Shown piece by piece: positions 27,170 to 36,823 of a stretch of 64,000 bases of DNA; the first letter of the stretch is position 1; each line of letters begins with the position of its first letter. Both the position numbers and the translations under genes were made by a program. The stretch covers positions 241,223 through 305,222 of the forward strand of contig CBDEVU010000017.1 of NCBI GenBank assembly GCA_965243715.1, in the 5' to 3' direction. The notes under the pieces were generated by a model. The model had not been told where the DNA came from. It searched no databases and was given only the letters and a program-made list of their open reading frames with translations. This DNA is from Candidatus Aldehydirespiratoraceae bacterium. GTDB taxonomy: Bacteria; Actinomycetota; Acidimicrobiia; Acidimicrobiales; Aldehydirespiratoraceae.

Positions 27170-28041
27170 GTCAAAACCGAGGTAGTGCTAGCTGGTGGGA
27201 CGCGGTTCATCGTGCCGTACAGCAGACCAATCAGCACCACCGCTCCCCCTATGAAGGTGCGGGCGAGCGGTTGATCACCGAACGCAATCCACGCCCACGT
27301 GGTTGCCGCGAAGGTCTCCACGGGAGTGAACAAGGCCACCTCGGCGGCGGGGGCATAGCGCGGGGCAGAGGTATGGCAGAGACGACCCGCTGGATTAAAA
27401 ACCAATCCCATTCCCGCGCACGCTAGGTACGCCTTGGCGCTATGTCCGAACGGGTCGGCGAACCCAACAGAGAAGAGGATCGTGGCCGCCGCGGCGATGG
27501 CTAAACCAACGTAACGACTCTGGTCTCGGTAATGGCGCCAGACGTTCATGTTGATCGAAAAGCACAACACCGCTCCCATAGCCAGCAAGTCACCAGTGAG
27601 GTTCGGCTCACCGACCGAGCCCAGCACCACGATGACTACCCCGATAACGGTGATGAAGATAGCCGTCCACACCCGTCGGCTGGTCCGTTCGCCGAAGAAC
27701 AACCGGCCAACGATGGCAGCCGCTATCGGTGCCGACGCCACGATCACCACGACGTTGGCGATATCGGTCCGGGTTACCGCGATGACAAAACAGAGTTGGC
27801 TAACCCCCGAGAGGACCCCCACCGTAAGCAATCCCCGAGGGGACCGGCGAAAGACTGTTAGTGGCTGCCCGCCCTCCAGCAGTCGCTGCAATCCAATTTG
27901 CACCGGCAGCGAGCCCACTGAAACGAGAAAAGCAACGGTCCAGCCATCGAGTTCGGACAATCGGATGAAGTAAGAGTCGGTAGAAACCAGCAACATTCCC
28001 AGCGCCGCCAGCCCCCAACCTCGGTGCCGTCCCACCATCAT
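27166..28041 (-). CDS. DMT-superfamily (EamA-like) transporter
   Basis: 291 aa with about 10 hydrophobic helices in a two-EamA-repeat organisation. Overlaps the rdgB stop (ATGA-type coupling). Confidence 0.8.
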   Translation of the reverse strand: MMVGRHRGWGLAALGMLLVSTDSYFIRLSELDGWTVAFLVSVGSLPVQIGLQRLLEGGQPLTVFRRSPRGLLTVGVLSGVSQLCFVIAVTRTDIANVVVIVASAPIAAAIVGRLFFGERTSRRVWTAIFITVIGVVIVVLGSVGEPNLTGDLLAMGAVLCFSINMNVWRHYRDQSRYVGLAIAAAATILFSVGFADPFGHSAKAYLACAGMGLVFNPAGRLCHTSAPRYAPAAEVALFTPVETFAATTWAWIAFGDQPLARTFIGGAVVLIGLLYGTMNRVPPASTTSVLT

Positions 28042-28640
28042 GTTCGTTCGTGCAGGGCGGCAGCGAGGGCCCGAAAGGCTCGGCCGCGGTGGCTGATCTC
28101 GTGCTTTTCGTCGCCCATTTCGGCAAAACTGCGGCCATCGGCCTCGGTGGGCACAAAGACGGGGTCATATCCAAAACCGCCGGTCCCCCTTGGTGCGGCG
28201 GCAATTGTTCCCTCCACCGAACCTTCCACCACCAGTTCGGATCCGTCGGGCCATGCAACCATCACCACCGTGCGAAAGCGAGCCGTGCGGTCGACGGAAT
28301 CGATTGCCGCGACCGCTTCGAGTTCGGCGAGGAGTTGGTCAACATTGTCCTGATAACTCGCCCCCAAGCCCGCGAAACGTGCCGAGTAAACGCCGGGCGC
28401 ACCGTTTAGGGCATCAACTTCGAGACCAGTGTCGTCACTAACCGCGGCCGCGTTCGCCGCCGCGCAAACGGCGCGGGCTTTCAACCGCGCGTTGCCTTCG
28501 AGGTCCGGCGCGTCTTCCACCACATCGGCTAGTCCTAGCGGTCGGGGCAGCAGATCCACGATGCCGTCTAGCACCACGGCAATCTCCGCTACCTTGTCGG
28601 GATTAGCGCTCCCGCAAACCAACCGGGGGAGCCGACTCAT
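28038..28640 (-). CDS. rdgB: non-canonical purine NTP pyrophosphatase (RdgB/HAM1 family)
   Basis: GSANPDKVAE, DDTGLEVDALNGAPGVYSAR and RGTGGFGYDPVF blocks. Confidence 0.9.
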   Translation of the reverse strand: MSRLPRLVCGSANPDKVAEIAVVLDGIVDLLPRPLGLADVVEDAPDLEGNARLKARAVCAAANAAAVSDDTGLEVDALNGAPGVYSARFAGLGASYQDNVDQLLAELEAVAAIDSVDRTARFRTVVMVAWPDGSELVVEGSVEGTIAAAPRGTGGFGYDPVFVPTEADGRSFAEMGDEKHEISHRGRAFRALAAALHERT

Positions 28641-29383
28641 GGACGGGCCACGCTCCGCGGGCTCGGTGCGGCGGCGAGTAGCGCCCGCTGAACGGCGATG
28701 ATCTCCGCGATGCCGCTCTCAGCTAGATCGAGCATCTGATTGAGTTGGGCCCGACTGAACGAGTTGGACTCGGCGGTCCCTTGAACCTCGATGAGTTGAC
28801 CCGCCCCGTCCATGACAACGTTGCAATCAACGTCGGCTGTGGAGTCCTCGGGGTACGGCAGGTCGAGGACCGCTTGACCGTCAACGATGCCTACCGAAAT
28901 CGCCGCGCATTCGGTGCTAAGCGGATGTGCCACGATCGCCCCTTCCTGCACTAGTCGGGTACACGCGTCATGCAGAGCAATATAGGCCCCACATATGGAG
29001 GCGGTCCGGGTGCCTCCATCGGCCTGCAAGACATCGCAATCGAGGCGAAGCGAGTGCTCGCCCAAAGCCGACATATCGGTCGCCGCGCGCAGCGAGCGGC
29101 CGATGAGTCGCTCGATCTCCTGGGTACGACCCTTGGCCCCGTTTCGTTCGCGCCGCACCCGTTCCGGCGATGACCCCGGCAACATCGAATACTCCGCGGT
29201 GACCCAGCCTTGACCCTGACCCTTCATCCATCGGGGGACGTCTCGTTCAGCCGAAGCGGTACAAAACACGCGGGTCTCGCCGAACGAAACCAACACCGAA
29301 CCCAAGGTCATCGAGGTGAAATCTCGAGTAAACGAAAAAGGACGAAGTTCGTGGGGCTGACGCCCGTCGTAGCGAGTGGCCAC
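28637..29383 (-). CDS. rph: ribonuclease PH
   Basis: RYDGRQPHELRP, GWVTAEYSMLP, CDVLQADGGTRTASI blocks. Confidence 0.9.
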   Translation of the reverse strand: MATRYDGRQPHELRPFSFTRDFTSMTLGSVLVSFGETRVFCTASAERDVPRWMKGQGQGWVTAEYSMLPGSSPERVRRERNGAKGRTQEIERLIGRSLRAATDMSALGEHSLRLDCDVLQADGGTRTASICGAYIALHDACTRLVQEGAIVAHPLSTECAAISVGIVDGQAVLDLPYPEDSTADVDCNVVMDGAGQLIEVQGTAESNSFSRAQLNQMLDLAESGIAEIIAVQRALLAAAPSPRSVARP

Positions 29384-29426
29384 ATGGTCTCCCAGAGTGG
29401 TGGAGCGAATAAGTCGGTGAGGCGAG

Positions 29427-30164
29427 TTAGACGGTAAAGACAGATCCCCGAAGGGCTACCTCAACTGGACCACCGTACGCCGTGGCGGCCTCCGTGCGGT
29501 GGGCTTCAGGGTCAGATCCTGGGACTAGATGGGTAACCACCAACCGACCAACGCCCGCGGCATGAGCGGCGAGACCCGCTTGGCGCGCCGACATATGGGG
29601 AATATCTCGGCCCTCAAGTTCGTGCAGGTGGCTCGCATCGCACATAGCTAGGTCGATATCGGGGCCTAGCGAACCAAGCGACCACGCCGGGCCGGTGTCC
29701 GACGTGTAGACGAAACTCCTATCGGCGGCGTCGACGCGTACGGCGAGGGTCTCAACCGGATGATCCGTACGAGAAAAACGCCACTTCTGGTCTCCGATGG
29801 TCACCTTCGCTGCGTGATCGATCGTCGACCAGGCGAACGGACTCGGATTCGCCGAGATCGTCACGGCATCGTTTAGGGCCGCTGTTTCCGCCGTTCCGTA
29901 GACCGGCAAAGCGTCTCGGGGCGAGAAGTAAGTAAACACATTGCGCATCACCGGAAGCTCCAGCCAATGGTCCGGATGACAGTGGGTGATGACGATGGCC
30001 GTGAGGTCCTGGAGGTTGATTGCTTGCTGGAGCGGACCTAGAGTTCCCGGCCCGCAGTCGAGCAGCACGACCGCCCCGCTGGTACGTACGAGATAGCCGG
30101 TACACGGGTTGTCTGGTCCCGCATAAGAACCCGACGATCCCAAGACGGTGATTTCTATACTCAC
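29427..30164 (-). CDS. MBL-fold metallo-hydrolase (position and fold match mycobacterial Rv1339-type phosphodiesterases)
   Basis: HCHPDH metal motif. The murI-MBL-rph-rdgB order is identical to M. tuberculosis Rv1338-Rv1341. Confidence 0.75.
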   Translation of the reverse strand: MSIEITVLGSSGSYAGPDNPCTGYLVRTSGAVVLLDCGPGTLGPLQQAINLQDLTAIVITHCHPDHWLELPVMRNVFTYFSPRDALPVYGTAETAALNDAVTISANPSPFAWSTIDHAAKVTIGDQKWRFSRTDHPVETLAVRVDAADRSFVYTSDTGPAWSLGSLGPDIDLAMCDASHLHELEGRDIPHMSARQAGLAAHAAGVGRLVVTHLVPGSDPEAHRTEAATAYGGPVEVALRGSVFTV

Positions 30165-31001
30165 CTAAGTCTCCCACGAATGAGCGGTGACCGAATCGAG
30201 TTCAGGACCCAGTAGCCGCCTCCCCAACCGAGCGAACGAGTTGATGTCGCCGCTCGACACAAACCGCGCCCGGCCCAGCCGATCGCCAACCGATGCGAGT
30301 TGGCCAGATTCCGCGAGTACGCGACTCAATGCAAACGCCGTCTCATCGGCCGATGAAACCAAGACCACATCGGGGCCCATCACATCGCCGATGGTACGCG
30401 CTAGGAACGGGTAATGAGTACATCCGAGCAACAATGTGTCGACTTTGGCCTCCTGCATCGGGGCCAATAATCGTTCGGCCAAGACGTGAACCTGATCAGA
30501 AGCGATCTCCCCCCGCTCGACGAACTCGACAAAGCCCGGGCAGGCAGCGCAGCTAAGTTCAACGTAGGGGGCATGGCGTGCCGTGGCCCGCTGATAAGCC
30601 CCACTGGCGATCGTGCCCACCGTGCCAATGACGCCTACCCGACCGGTGTTGGTTATCGAAAGCACCGATTGCAGGCCCGGTTCGAGCACGCCGATGACTG
30701 GAACAGCGACGCGGGCGGCTAGTTCGGCGAGCGCAACAGCTGTGGCCGTATTGCACGCCACCACCACCAGCTTCGGATTATAGGTCTCGATCATCCAGTC
30801 GGTGATCTGATGGGCAAAGGCTCGGACCTCGTGGTGGCCCCGCGAACCATAGGGATAACGCGCCGTGTCACCGAAGTAGACAACATCTTCGGCGGGCAGG
30901 AGGTCGATTACCGCCCGCGCCACGGTTAGTCCTCCAAACCCGGAGTCGAATATGGCGATAGGTCGATCAGTCGGACATGGCCCGTGTATCACCTCGGGCA
31001 T
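30165..31001 (-). CDS. murI: glutamate racemase
   Basis: IFDSGFGGLTV, VVACNTA and LGCTHYP catalytic-Cys blocks. Confidence 0.9.
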   Translation of the reverse strand: MPEVIHGPCPTDRPIAIFDSGFGGLTVARAVIDLLPAEDVVYFGDTARYPYGSRGHHEVRAFAHQITDWMIETYNPKLVVVACNTATAVALAELAARVAVPVIGVLEPGLQSVLSITNTGRVGVIGTVGTIASGAYQRATARHAPYVELSCAACPGFVEFVERGEIASDQVHVLAERLLAPMQEAKVDTLLLGCTHYPFLARTIGDVMGPDVVLVSSADETAFALSRVLAESGQLASVGDRLGRARFVSSGDINSFARLGRRLLGPELDSVTAHSWET

Positions 31002-31017
31002 CGCCGGGGAACCTAGA

Positions 31018-31179
31018 TCAGCGCTCTTCTTTGAAGATGACGTGCTGGCGAATCACCGGATCGTACTTCTTGATCTCGATGCGCTCGCGGGTATTGGCCT
31101 TGTTCTTTCTGGTCACGTACGTGTAGCCCGTGCCCGCGGTCGAACGCAGTTTGATGATGGGACGCTTATCGCTGGCCAT
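31018..31179 (-). CDS. rpmG: 50S ribosomal protein L33 (Cys-less form)
   Basis: Not in the ORF track (53 aa). Hand translation gives [53 protein letters not shown]. Lies directly downstream of rpmB. Confidence 0.85.
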   Translation of the reverse strand: MASDKRPIIKLRSTAGTGYTYVTRKNKANTRERIEIKKYDPVIRQHVIFKEER

Positions 31180-31188
31180 GACGAATCC

Positions 31189-31425
31189 TCAAACCTTTTG
31201 GCCCGCGGCCCGCATATCGACCACTACCCGCTCGATGCCGCGTTTGTCGATGGTCTTGATGCCCTTGGTGCTAACGCTGAGGGTGATCCAACGACGCTCG
31301 CTATTGAGATAAAAACGCTTCTTTTGGACGTTGGGGTTCCAGCGTCGACTCGAGCGGCGGTGCGAGTGTGACACCTGCTTACCAAAATGGGGCTTCTTGC
31401 CGGTGACCTGGCAGATTTTCGACAT
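31189..31425 (-). CDS. rpmB: 50S ribosomal protein L28
   Basis: [38 protein letters not shown] is the canonical L28 N-terminus. Confidence 0.9.
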   Translation of the reverse strand: MSKICQVTGKKPHFGKQVSHSHRRSSRRWNPNVQKKRFYLNSERRWITLSVSTKGIKTIDKRGIERVVVDMRAAGQKV

Positions 31426-31524
31426 CGCGGAGACTCCTAGGCACTGGCAGTAAAACCAAACACGAACGAGTGAAAATCATAGCAACGTGATCTCAGGTCT
31501 CCACCCAATCGTTAGCCTCAAATT

Positions 31525-32601
31525 GTGAGCATGGCCGATCTCTTTGAGTCTGCGACCCCTTCCGGCGTCGACCGTGTCCTACTCGCCGCGCCGCGGGGAT
31601 TTTGTGCGGGCGTAGAGATGGCGATTAAGGCCCTCGCCTGGCTAGTTCGGGCCTTCGAGCCACCCGTCTACTGCTACCACGAAATCGTCCACAATCAACT
31701 CGTCGTTCAACGCTTCGAAGAGTTGGGCGTGATTTTCGTTGACGACATCGCCGAAGTCGAACCCGGTCGGCCGATCATGCTTTCGGCCCACGGCTCGGCG
31801 CCCGAAGTTGTCGAAGCGGCACGAGCACGCGGGGGTTATGTCATCGACGCGGTTTGTCCCCTAGTCACCAAAGTACACCACGAGGTCAAGACGCGTGCGG
31901 GCAAGGGATACCAAATCGTCTACGTCGGCCACGAAGGTCACGAAGAGGCCATCGGTACCATGGCCGTCGCCCCCCAAGCCATCCACCGGGTCGAAACACC
32001 CGATGATGTGGCCGCTCTCCCCCAGTTTGAAACACCCGTTGCAGTGCTCGCCCAGACAACGCTTTCACATCGCGAATGGTCCGGTGTGGTGGACGCCACT
32101 CGCGACCGTTTCCCAGACCTCTGGGAACCCGGCCGCTCCGACCTTTGCTTTGCCACCACCAACCGCCAATTGGCGCTGACGAAAATCGCGCCACGGTGCG
32201 ACGCCATGGTCGTCATTGGCTCCGCCAACTCGTCGAACACGAACGCCCTCGCCGGACTCGCTATAGAGGCGGGTTGCCCACGCGTGTTTCGCATCAACGG
32301 TCCCCACGAACTCCCCACCGACCTTCGCGGGGTGGTGGGTGTCACCGCGGGAGCATCGGCCCCCGAGGACCTAGTACGCGCGGTGATCGACCACCTCGAC
32401 CCGCGCCACGGGGTCGAGGAGGTTGCCGTCACCGAAGAAACCGAGTATTTCCCGCCGCCTCGGAACCTCCGCGAGTTGCTCGGAGCGATCGACGCGGCCG
32501 CCGCGTTGATGTTAGGTGGCACCGAGCGAGCCCCCCTCGACGACCGCACCATCGATGCCTCCGACGTCCTCGAATCCCTAACCGGCCCAGCCCCGCAGTG
32601 A
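31525..32601 (+). CDS. ispH: 4-hydroxy-3-methylbut-2-enyl diphosphate reductase
   Basis: APRGFCAGVEMAI, SAHG, the conserved Cys in CPLVTKVH and SSNTN blocks. The start is GTG at 31525 or ATG at 31531. Confidence 0.9.
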   Translation: MSMADLFESATPSGVDRVLLAAPRGFCAGVEMAIKALAWLVRAFEPPVYCYHEIVHNQLVVQRFEELGVIFVDDIAEVEPGRPIMLSAHGSAPEVVEAARARGGYVIDAVCPLVTKVHHEVKTRAGKGYQIVYVGHEGHEEAIGTMAVAPQAIHRVETPDDVAALPQFETPVAVLAQTTLSHREWSGVVDATRDRFPDLWEPGRSDLCFATTNRQLALTKIAPRCDAMVVIGSANSSNTNALAGLAIEAGCPRVFRINGPHELPTDLRGVVGVTAGASAPEDLVRAVIDHLDPRHGVEEVAVTEETEYFPPPRNLRELLGAIDAAAALMLGGTERAPLDDRTIDASDVLESLTGPAPQ

Positions 32602-33071
32602 GGCGCCCCCAACGACGCCCGCCCCTCATCGTCGGCTGGCGAGAATGGGTCCTAGTCAACGGGTTGAGTTGTCCCACTCCGCTCAAGGCTAAGATCGATA
32701 CGGGGGCCGCCACCTCGTCGCTGCATGCGCCGCTGCTCGAACACTTCCAACGCAACGCAGAACCCTGGGTTCGGTTCATGCTGCGCCCGCATCAGCGAAC
32801 CTCACACGACACCACCGTAGCCGAAGCCCCGCTCATCGACGAGCGCCGGATCCGTTCCTCCAATGGGCAAAGCGAGCTTCGCCCCGTAATTGAATCGTTG
32901 ATCACCATCGGCGATCGTCGCTGGAACGTGCAGTTCACCCTCACCCGCCGCGACACAATGGGATTTCGGATGCTGCTCGGACGCCGCGCTCTTCGTGGTC
33001 GAGCCATCGTCGACGTGAGCCGCTCCCACGCCACCGGACTGCCTTATTCCATAACTCCGCCGCCGAACTAG
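32598..33071 (+). CDS. retropepsin-like 'ATP-dependent zinc protease' family protein (DUF785/RimB-like)
   Basis: VGWREWV.L...G...LKAKIDTGAATSSLHA is the family signature. The GTG at 32598 overlaps the ispH stop (GTGA). The first two thirds of track ORF 32076..33071 is out-of-frame overlap with ispH. Confidence 0.6.
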   Translation: MRRPQRRPPLIVGWREWVLVNGLSCPTPLKAKIDTGAATSSLHAPLLEHFQRNAEPWVRFMLRPHQRTSHDTTVAEAPLIDERRIRSSNGQSELRPVIESLITIGDRRWNVQFTLTRRDTMGFRMLLGRRALRGRAIVDVSRSHATGLPYSITPPPN

Positions 33072-33799
33072 TCGCCGGTGTCGGGGGCAGGTTCATCGCC
33101 CGCGAGCACGCGGGCCTCGATATAGAGGTCGCTCAGATCCTGATACAGGCGATTGGTAAGGTCGCTCACTACCCGCCGCGCCACGCGACCCTCGCCGCGA
33201 GGCGGTGGGAAAATCGGATCTCCGATAACCGCCACGATACGAACGGGGCGGGGGATCTTGGCCCCCAGCGGAAGAGCACGGGAAATGCCGCCAATGCCGA
33301 CCGGGACGATGGGAATGCCCGATCGAATAGCAACGAACGACGGGCCATCGAGCACCAGGTCTCGCTTCAGTCGGGCTCCCGTTTGACGGGTCCCCTCCGG
33401 GAACATAACCAGCGGCTCGCCCAACCCCAACACGTCCTCGGCCGCTCGCAGAGCCGCTCGATCGGCGGTACCGCGTTCAACGGAGAAGCCGCCCATGATG
33501 CTCAAGAAGGTGCCGAGGGGCTTGAAGTTCCACAGGTTCGCCTTGCCCATGAAGCGAAGCCGACGGGAGGTGACCATGCCGATGATTGGCGCATCAAGAA
33601 ACGAACGGTGGACGCCAGACAAGATAAACGGGCCATCAGGTAGGTTCTCCTTGCCTTCCACCCGCAGGCGGAAAACGACCTTTATGGCGCTGAAAAATAG
33701 GGTCCACATCACTCGGTAGAGCACCCGACCGGCGAGAGACTGACGGCTTCGAGCTTCAGAATCTCCCGCTTGGGATCCGTATCGGTTGGCCCGTTTCAT
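33068..33799 (-). CDS. plsC: 1-acyl-sn-glycerol-3-phosphate acyltransferase family protein
   Basis: HRSFLD (H-x4-D) and FPEGTR acyltransferase motifs. The ATG overlaps the upstream stop (ATGA). Confidence 0.8.
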   Translation of the reverse strand: MKRANRYGSQAGDSEARSRQSLAGRVLYRVMWTLFFSAIKVVFRLRVEGKENLPDGPFILSGVHRSFLDAPIIGMVTSRRLRFMGKANLWNFKPLGTFLSIMGGFSVERGTADRAALRAAEDVLGLGEPLVMFPEGTRQTGARLKRDLVLDGPSFVAIRSGIPIVPVGIGGISRALPLGAKIPRPVRIVAVIGDPIFPPPRGEGRVARRVVSDLTNRLYQDLSDLYIEARVLAGDEPAPDTGD

Positions 33800-35721
33800 T
33801 TGTTCTCCGTTCGCGCTTGGAACCGGTCGACCAGCGATGCCACGACCTCGTCAATAGTAAGCCCGGTGGTGTCCACCAAAATCGCGTCGTTAGCTTCGGT
33901 CAGCGGATCAGCGGCTCGCGTCGAGTCGATTGTGTCACGGCGAGTTAGGTCCGCCGCAACGGTTGCTTCATCGAGCGACGGGTCTTCGCTCGCTCGGCGC
34001 CGGGCCCGCTCGCTCGGATCAGCGGTGAGGTACACCTTGAGCGCTGCGTTCGGGAACACAACCGTGCCGATGTCGCGTCCCTCCAAAACGCCTCCCCCTT
34101 GAACTTGGGCCCAGGCCCGTTGCCGGCGGACGAGTTCGCGGCGAACTTCTGGATTCGCGGCCACCACGCTAACCGCTCGATTGACCTCGGGACTGCGAAT
34201 AGCCGCCGTTGCGTCGACTCCATCGACCAAAACCTTCTCACGGCCAATGTCAATCTCAATCGCCTGGGCCGCGGCGGCCGCGGTCGGCCCATCGCTGGGA
34301 TCCTGGCCTGCCTGAAGAAGTACCCATGCCACCGAACGGTACATGGCCCCCGTGTCGAGATACTTCAGGCCAAGTTGCGCGGCGAGCACCCGCGCCACAC
34401 TGGACTTCCCCGAACCAGCGGGGCCGTCGATGGCGATCACCGACACGGCCGACGGTGTACGCAAGCCGTCCAAGACCGAGAAGAACCGCGGGAAGGTCTT
34501 GTTCACACACGACGGATTTTTGATCTCAATTCCGTCGACGACGAGACCAATCAAGGAAAATGCCATAGCCATACGATGATCGTCGTAGGTCTCAAAAACC
34601 GTACCGTGTGGCCGTCCCTGCGGGTCTACGACGAAGCCGTCGCCGGTTTCACGGGCCTCAACCCCACAACGGTTCAGTTCAGTAACAATTGCTGCGATGC
34701 GGTCGCTCTCCTTGGCCCGAATGAAGCCGATTCCAGAGACCCTGGTCGGCGTTGTCGCGAAGGCCGCGACCGCGGCCAAAGTCGGTGCGGTGTCGGAGAA
34801 AGCCGAGAGATCAACGCCAACTCCTCGAACGGCACGACCAGAGACCTCAACCCAATCGTCGCCCCACCCCACCGCGCAACCCATGGCCTCGAGCACGTCG
34901 ACGAAGGCCATGTCGCCTTGTAGCGAGGCCCGACCCAAGCCCTCGACGCGAACTCGGCCGCCAGTGATGGCCGCCGCGGCAAGAAAGTAGGAGGCGGCCG
35001 ATGCATCCGGTTCGATCTCGTAGTCGCAACCAACGTAGCCGCCACCCACCGACCAGGTATCGCCGGGATGTTCGTCGACTCTTGCGCCGAAAGAACGCAT
35101 AACGTTCGCCGTCATATCGATGTAGGGGCGCGAAACAGGCGCCGTTCCAAGGGTGATATCCAGCGCCGTCGCGCCTCCCGCCAACATCAGACCGGATATA
35201 AACTGACTCGATGTGTCGCCCGCCACGGTGACTTGGCCTTTGGTCATCGGCCCCGTGACCATGGCGGGGAGGTGGCCCTCGACGCCCAGTTCTTTAATCT
35301 CGACCCCCAGCGACCGTAGCGCGCCAAACTGGTCGCCCATCGGCCGGTCCCGGAGTTGCCGGTGGGCATCCACCACTACGGGCGCGGTTGCGTGGCTGGC
35401 CAGCGGCACCACGAAACGGGCCGTGGTGCCGGATTGGTTAGCGTTAAGCGTCTCGACGATTGGTTGCAGCGACGGACCCCGACCGTGGACCACGACCTCA
35501 TGGCGATCCTCGTCCAACTCGACTCTGACACCGAGAGCCCCGATAGCCTCGATCATTGCCTGAGTGTCGTCGGCGAATAGCACTTGGCGCAACGTGCTCT
35601 TACCCTCGGCCAGCGCAGCACAAGCCAGCGCACGGTTGGTGATGCTCTTGGAACCCGGCAGGGCCACCGTCGCGTCGAGAAGCAACGCCAGCGGCACTAT
35701 CTCGCGTGACTCCATAGTCAA
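33796..35721 (-). CDS. aroA: bifunctional 3-phosphoshikimate 1-carboxyvinyltransferase / cytidylate kinase (AroA-Cmk fusion)
   Basis: The N-terminal ~425 aa is EPSP synthase (LPGSKSITNRAL, ...NKTFPRFF). The C-terminal ~210 aa is Cmk (IAIDGPAGSGKSSVAR, LDTGAMYR, GRDIGTVV). One uninterrupted frame. Confidence 0.85.
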   Translation of the reverse strand: MTMESREIVPLALLLDATVALPGSKSITNRALACAALAEGKSTLRQVLFADDTQAMIEAIGALGVRVELDEDRHEVVVHGRGPSLQPIVETLNANQSGTTARFVVPLASHATAPVVVDAHRQLRDRPMGDQFGALRSLGVEIKELGVEGHLPAMVTGPMTKGQVTVAGDTSSQFISGLMLAGGATALDITLGTAPVSRPYIDMTANVMRSFGARVDEHPGDTWSVGGGYVGCDYEIEPDASAASYFLAAAAITGGRVRVEGLGRASLQGDMAFVDVLEAMGCAVGWGDDWVEVSGRAVRGVGVDLSAFSDTAPTLAAVAAFATTPTRVSGIGFIRAKESDRIAAIVTELNRCGVEARETGDGFVVDPQGRPHGTVFETYDDHRMAMAFSLIGLVVDGIEIKNPSCVNKTFPRFFSVLDGLRTPSAVSVIAIDGPAGSGKSSVARVLAAQLGLKYLDTGAMYRSVAWVLLQAGQDPSDGPTAAAAAQAIEIDIGREKVLVDGVDATAAIRSPEVNRAVSVVAANPEVRRELVRRQRAWAQVQGGGVLEGRDIGTVVFPNAALKVYLTADPSERARRRASEDPSLDEATVAADLTRRDTIDSTRAADPLTEANDAILVDTTGLTIDEVVASLVDRFQARTENK

Positions 35722-35731
35722 GATTCTATCG

Positions 35732-36808
35732 TCATGATTCCAAGGCCCGAAGCGAAGGCCGATAGCCGAGGGCCATGAGGCCGCCCTGAAGACGTTCGGC
35801 TCGGTCCGTTTCGATCAACAAGACTATGACCCCGCGCGGACCTTCGGCCGAGTGTGCTATCTCGAGATCGTAGATGTTGACATCCAACTCCGCGGCCAGG
35901 GAGGCCACCGCGGCAAGTTCGCCCTGGCGATCGAGGACGGGGACCCGCATCTCGCTCATCGCCGCGGGAATAGGTGCTGTGGTGGGCAGATTCCGCCGCG
36001 CCGTGCGGGCCGATTCGAGTTGCTGGACGAGCATCTCGTGATTGCTGGCCGCGACTACCTCGCGGACGACTTGGAGCCGATCAAGCAACTCATCGAGCAC
36101 CTCAACAATGGCTTCGCTGTTCTGCGTGCAAATATCGGGCCAAATCGTTGGTGATCCAGCAGCGATCCGCGTCATGTCACGAAAACCGCCCGCCGCCAAA
36201 CGAAGCAAGATGCGGTGCTCATCGGCGCGGGAATCGGCTAGTCGCATGAGGGTCGCGGCGGTGAGGTGAGGGACGTGGGAGACAATCGCGACGAGCATGT
36301 CGTGGCGATCAGGCGGCATCGCGATCACCTGGGCACCAGTGGCCGAAACGACCTCGCTGACCGACGCAAAGGCCGTGTCGTGGGTTGTCGGGGTCGGGGT
36401 AAGGACCCAGGTTGTCCCGCGGAAGAGATCGGCCGTGGCTCCCTCGAGGCCGTCTTGTTCGCTGCCCGCCATTGGATGACCACCCACGAACTGTGGGTTA
36501 TCGACGGCATTCACGATCGGGGCTTTGACGGAGCCCACATCGGTGACGACGGCGACGCCTCTGGCCAACAACTCGCGGGCTATCCCGGCCACGTCTCCGA
36601 CTGGTGTGGCCACCACCGCGAGGTCACACGGCGCAAGGTCGTCTAGCGCACACGAACCGTCGATGGCACCGACCTGGATCGCCGCGGCGAGGCGGTCGTC
36701 ATCGTGGTCAACACCGATCACTCGCCAACCATTAGCCCGCAGGGACAGTCCGACGGAACCTCCGATGAGGCCCACACCAACGATGGCTGCGGTTCGAGGT
36801 ACGGTCAC
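35732..36808 (-). CDS. tyrA: prephenate dehydrogenase with a C-terminal ACT domain
   Basis: Rossmann motif IVGVGLIGGS and HPMAGSE. The GTG at 36808 (VTVPRTAAIVG...) is preferred over the TTG at 36841, which lies inside the 34-bp duplication. Confidence 0.8.
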   Translation of the reverse strand: MTVPRTAAIVGVGLIGGSVGLSLRANGWRVIGVDHDDDRLAAAIQVGAIDGSCALDDLAPCDLAVVATPVGDVAGIARELLARGVAVVTDVGSVKAPIVNAVDNPQFVGGHPMAGSEQDGLEGATADLFRGTTWVLTPTPTTHDTAFASVSEVVSATGAQVIAMPPDRHDMLVAIVSHVPHLTAATLMRLADSRADEHRILLRLAAGGFRDMTRIAAGSPTIWPDICTQNSEAIVEVLDELLDRLQVVREVVAASNHEMLVQQLESARTARRNLPTTAPIPAAMSEMRVPVLDRQGELAAVASLAAELDVNIYDLEIAHSAEGPRGVIVLLIETDRAERLQGGLMALGYRPSLRALES

Positions 36809-36823
36809 GGCCCCCAAGTTTAC

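Noticed and set aside
32076-32597. N-terminal two thirds of track ORF 32076..33071
   Set aside because: It is an out-of-frame overlap with ispH and encodes an Arg/Pro-rich nonsense-like sequence. The recognisable retropepsin-like domain starts only after the GTG at 32598, which overlaps the ispH stop.
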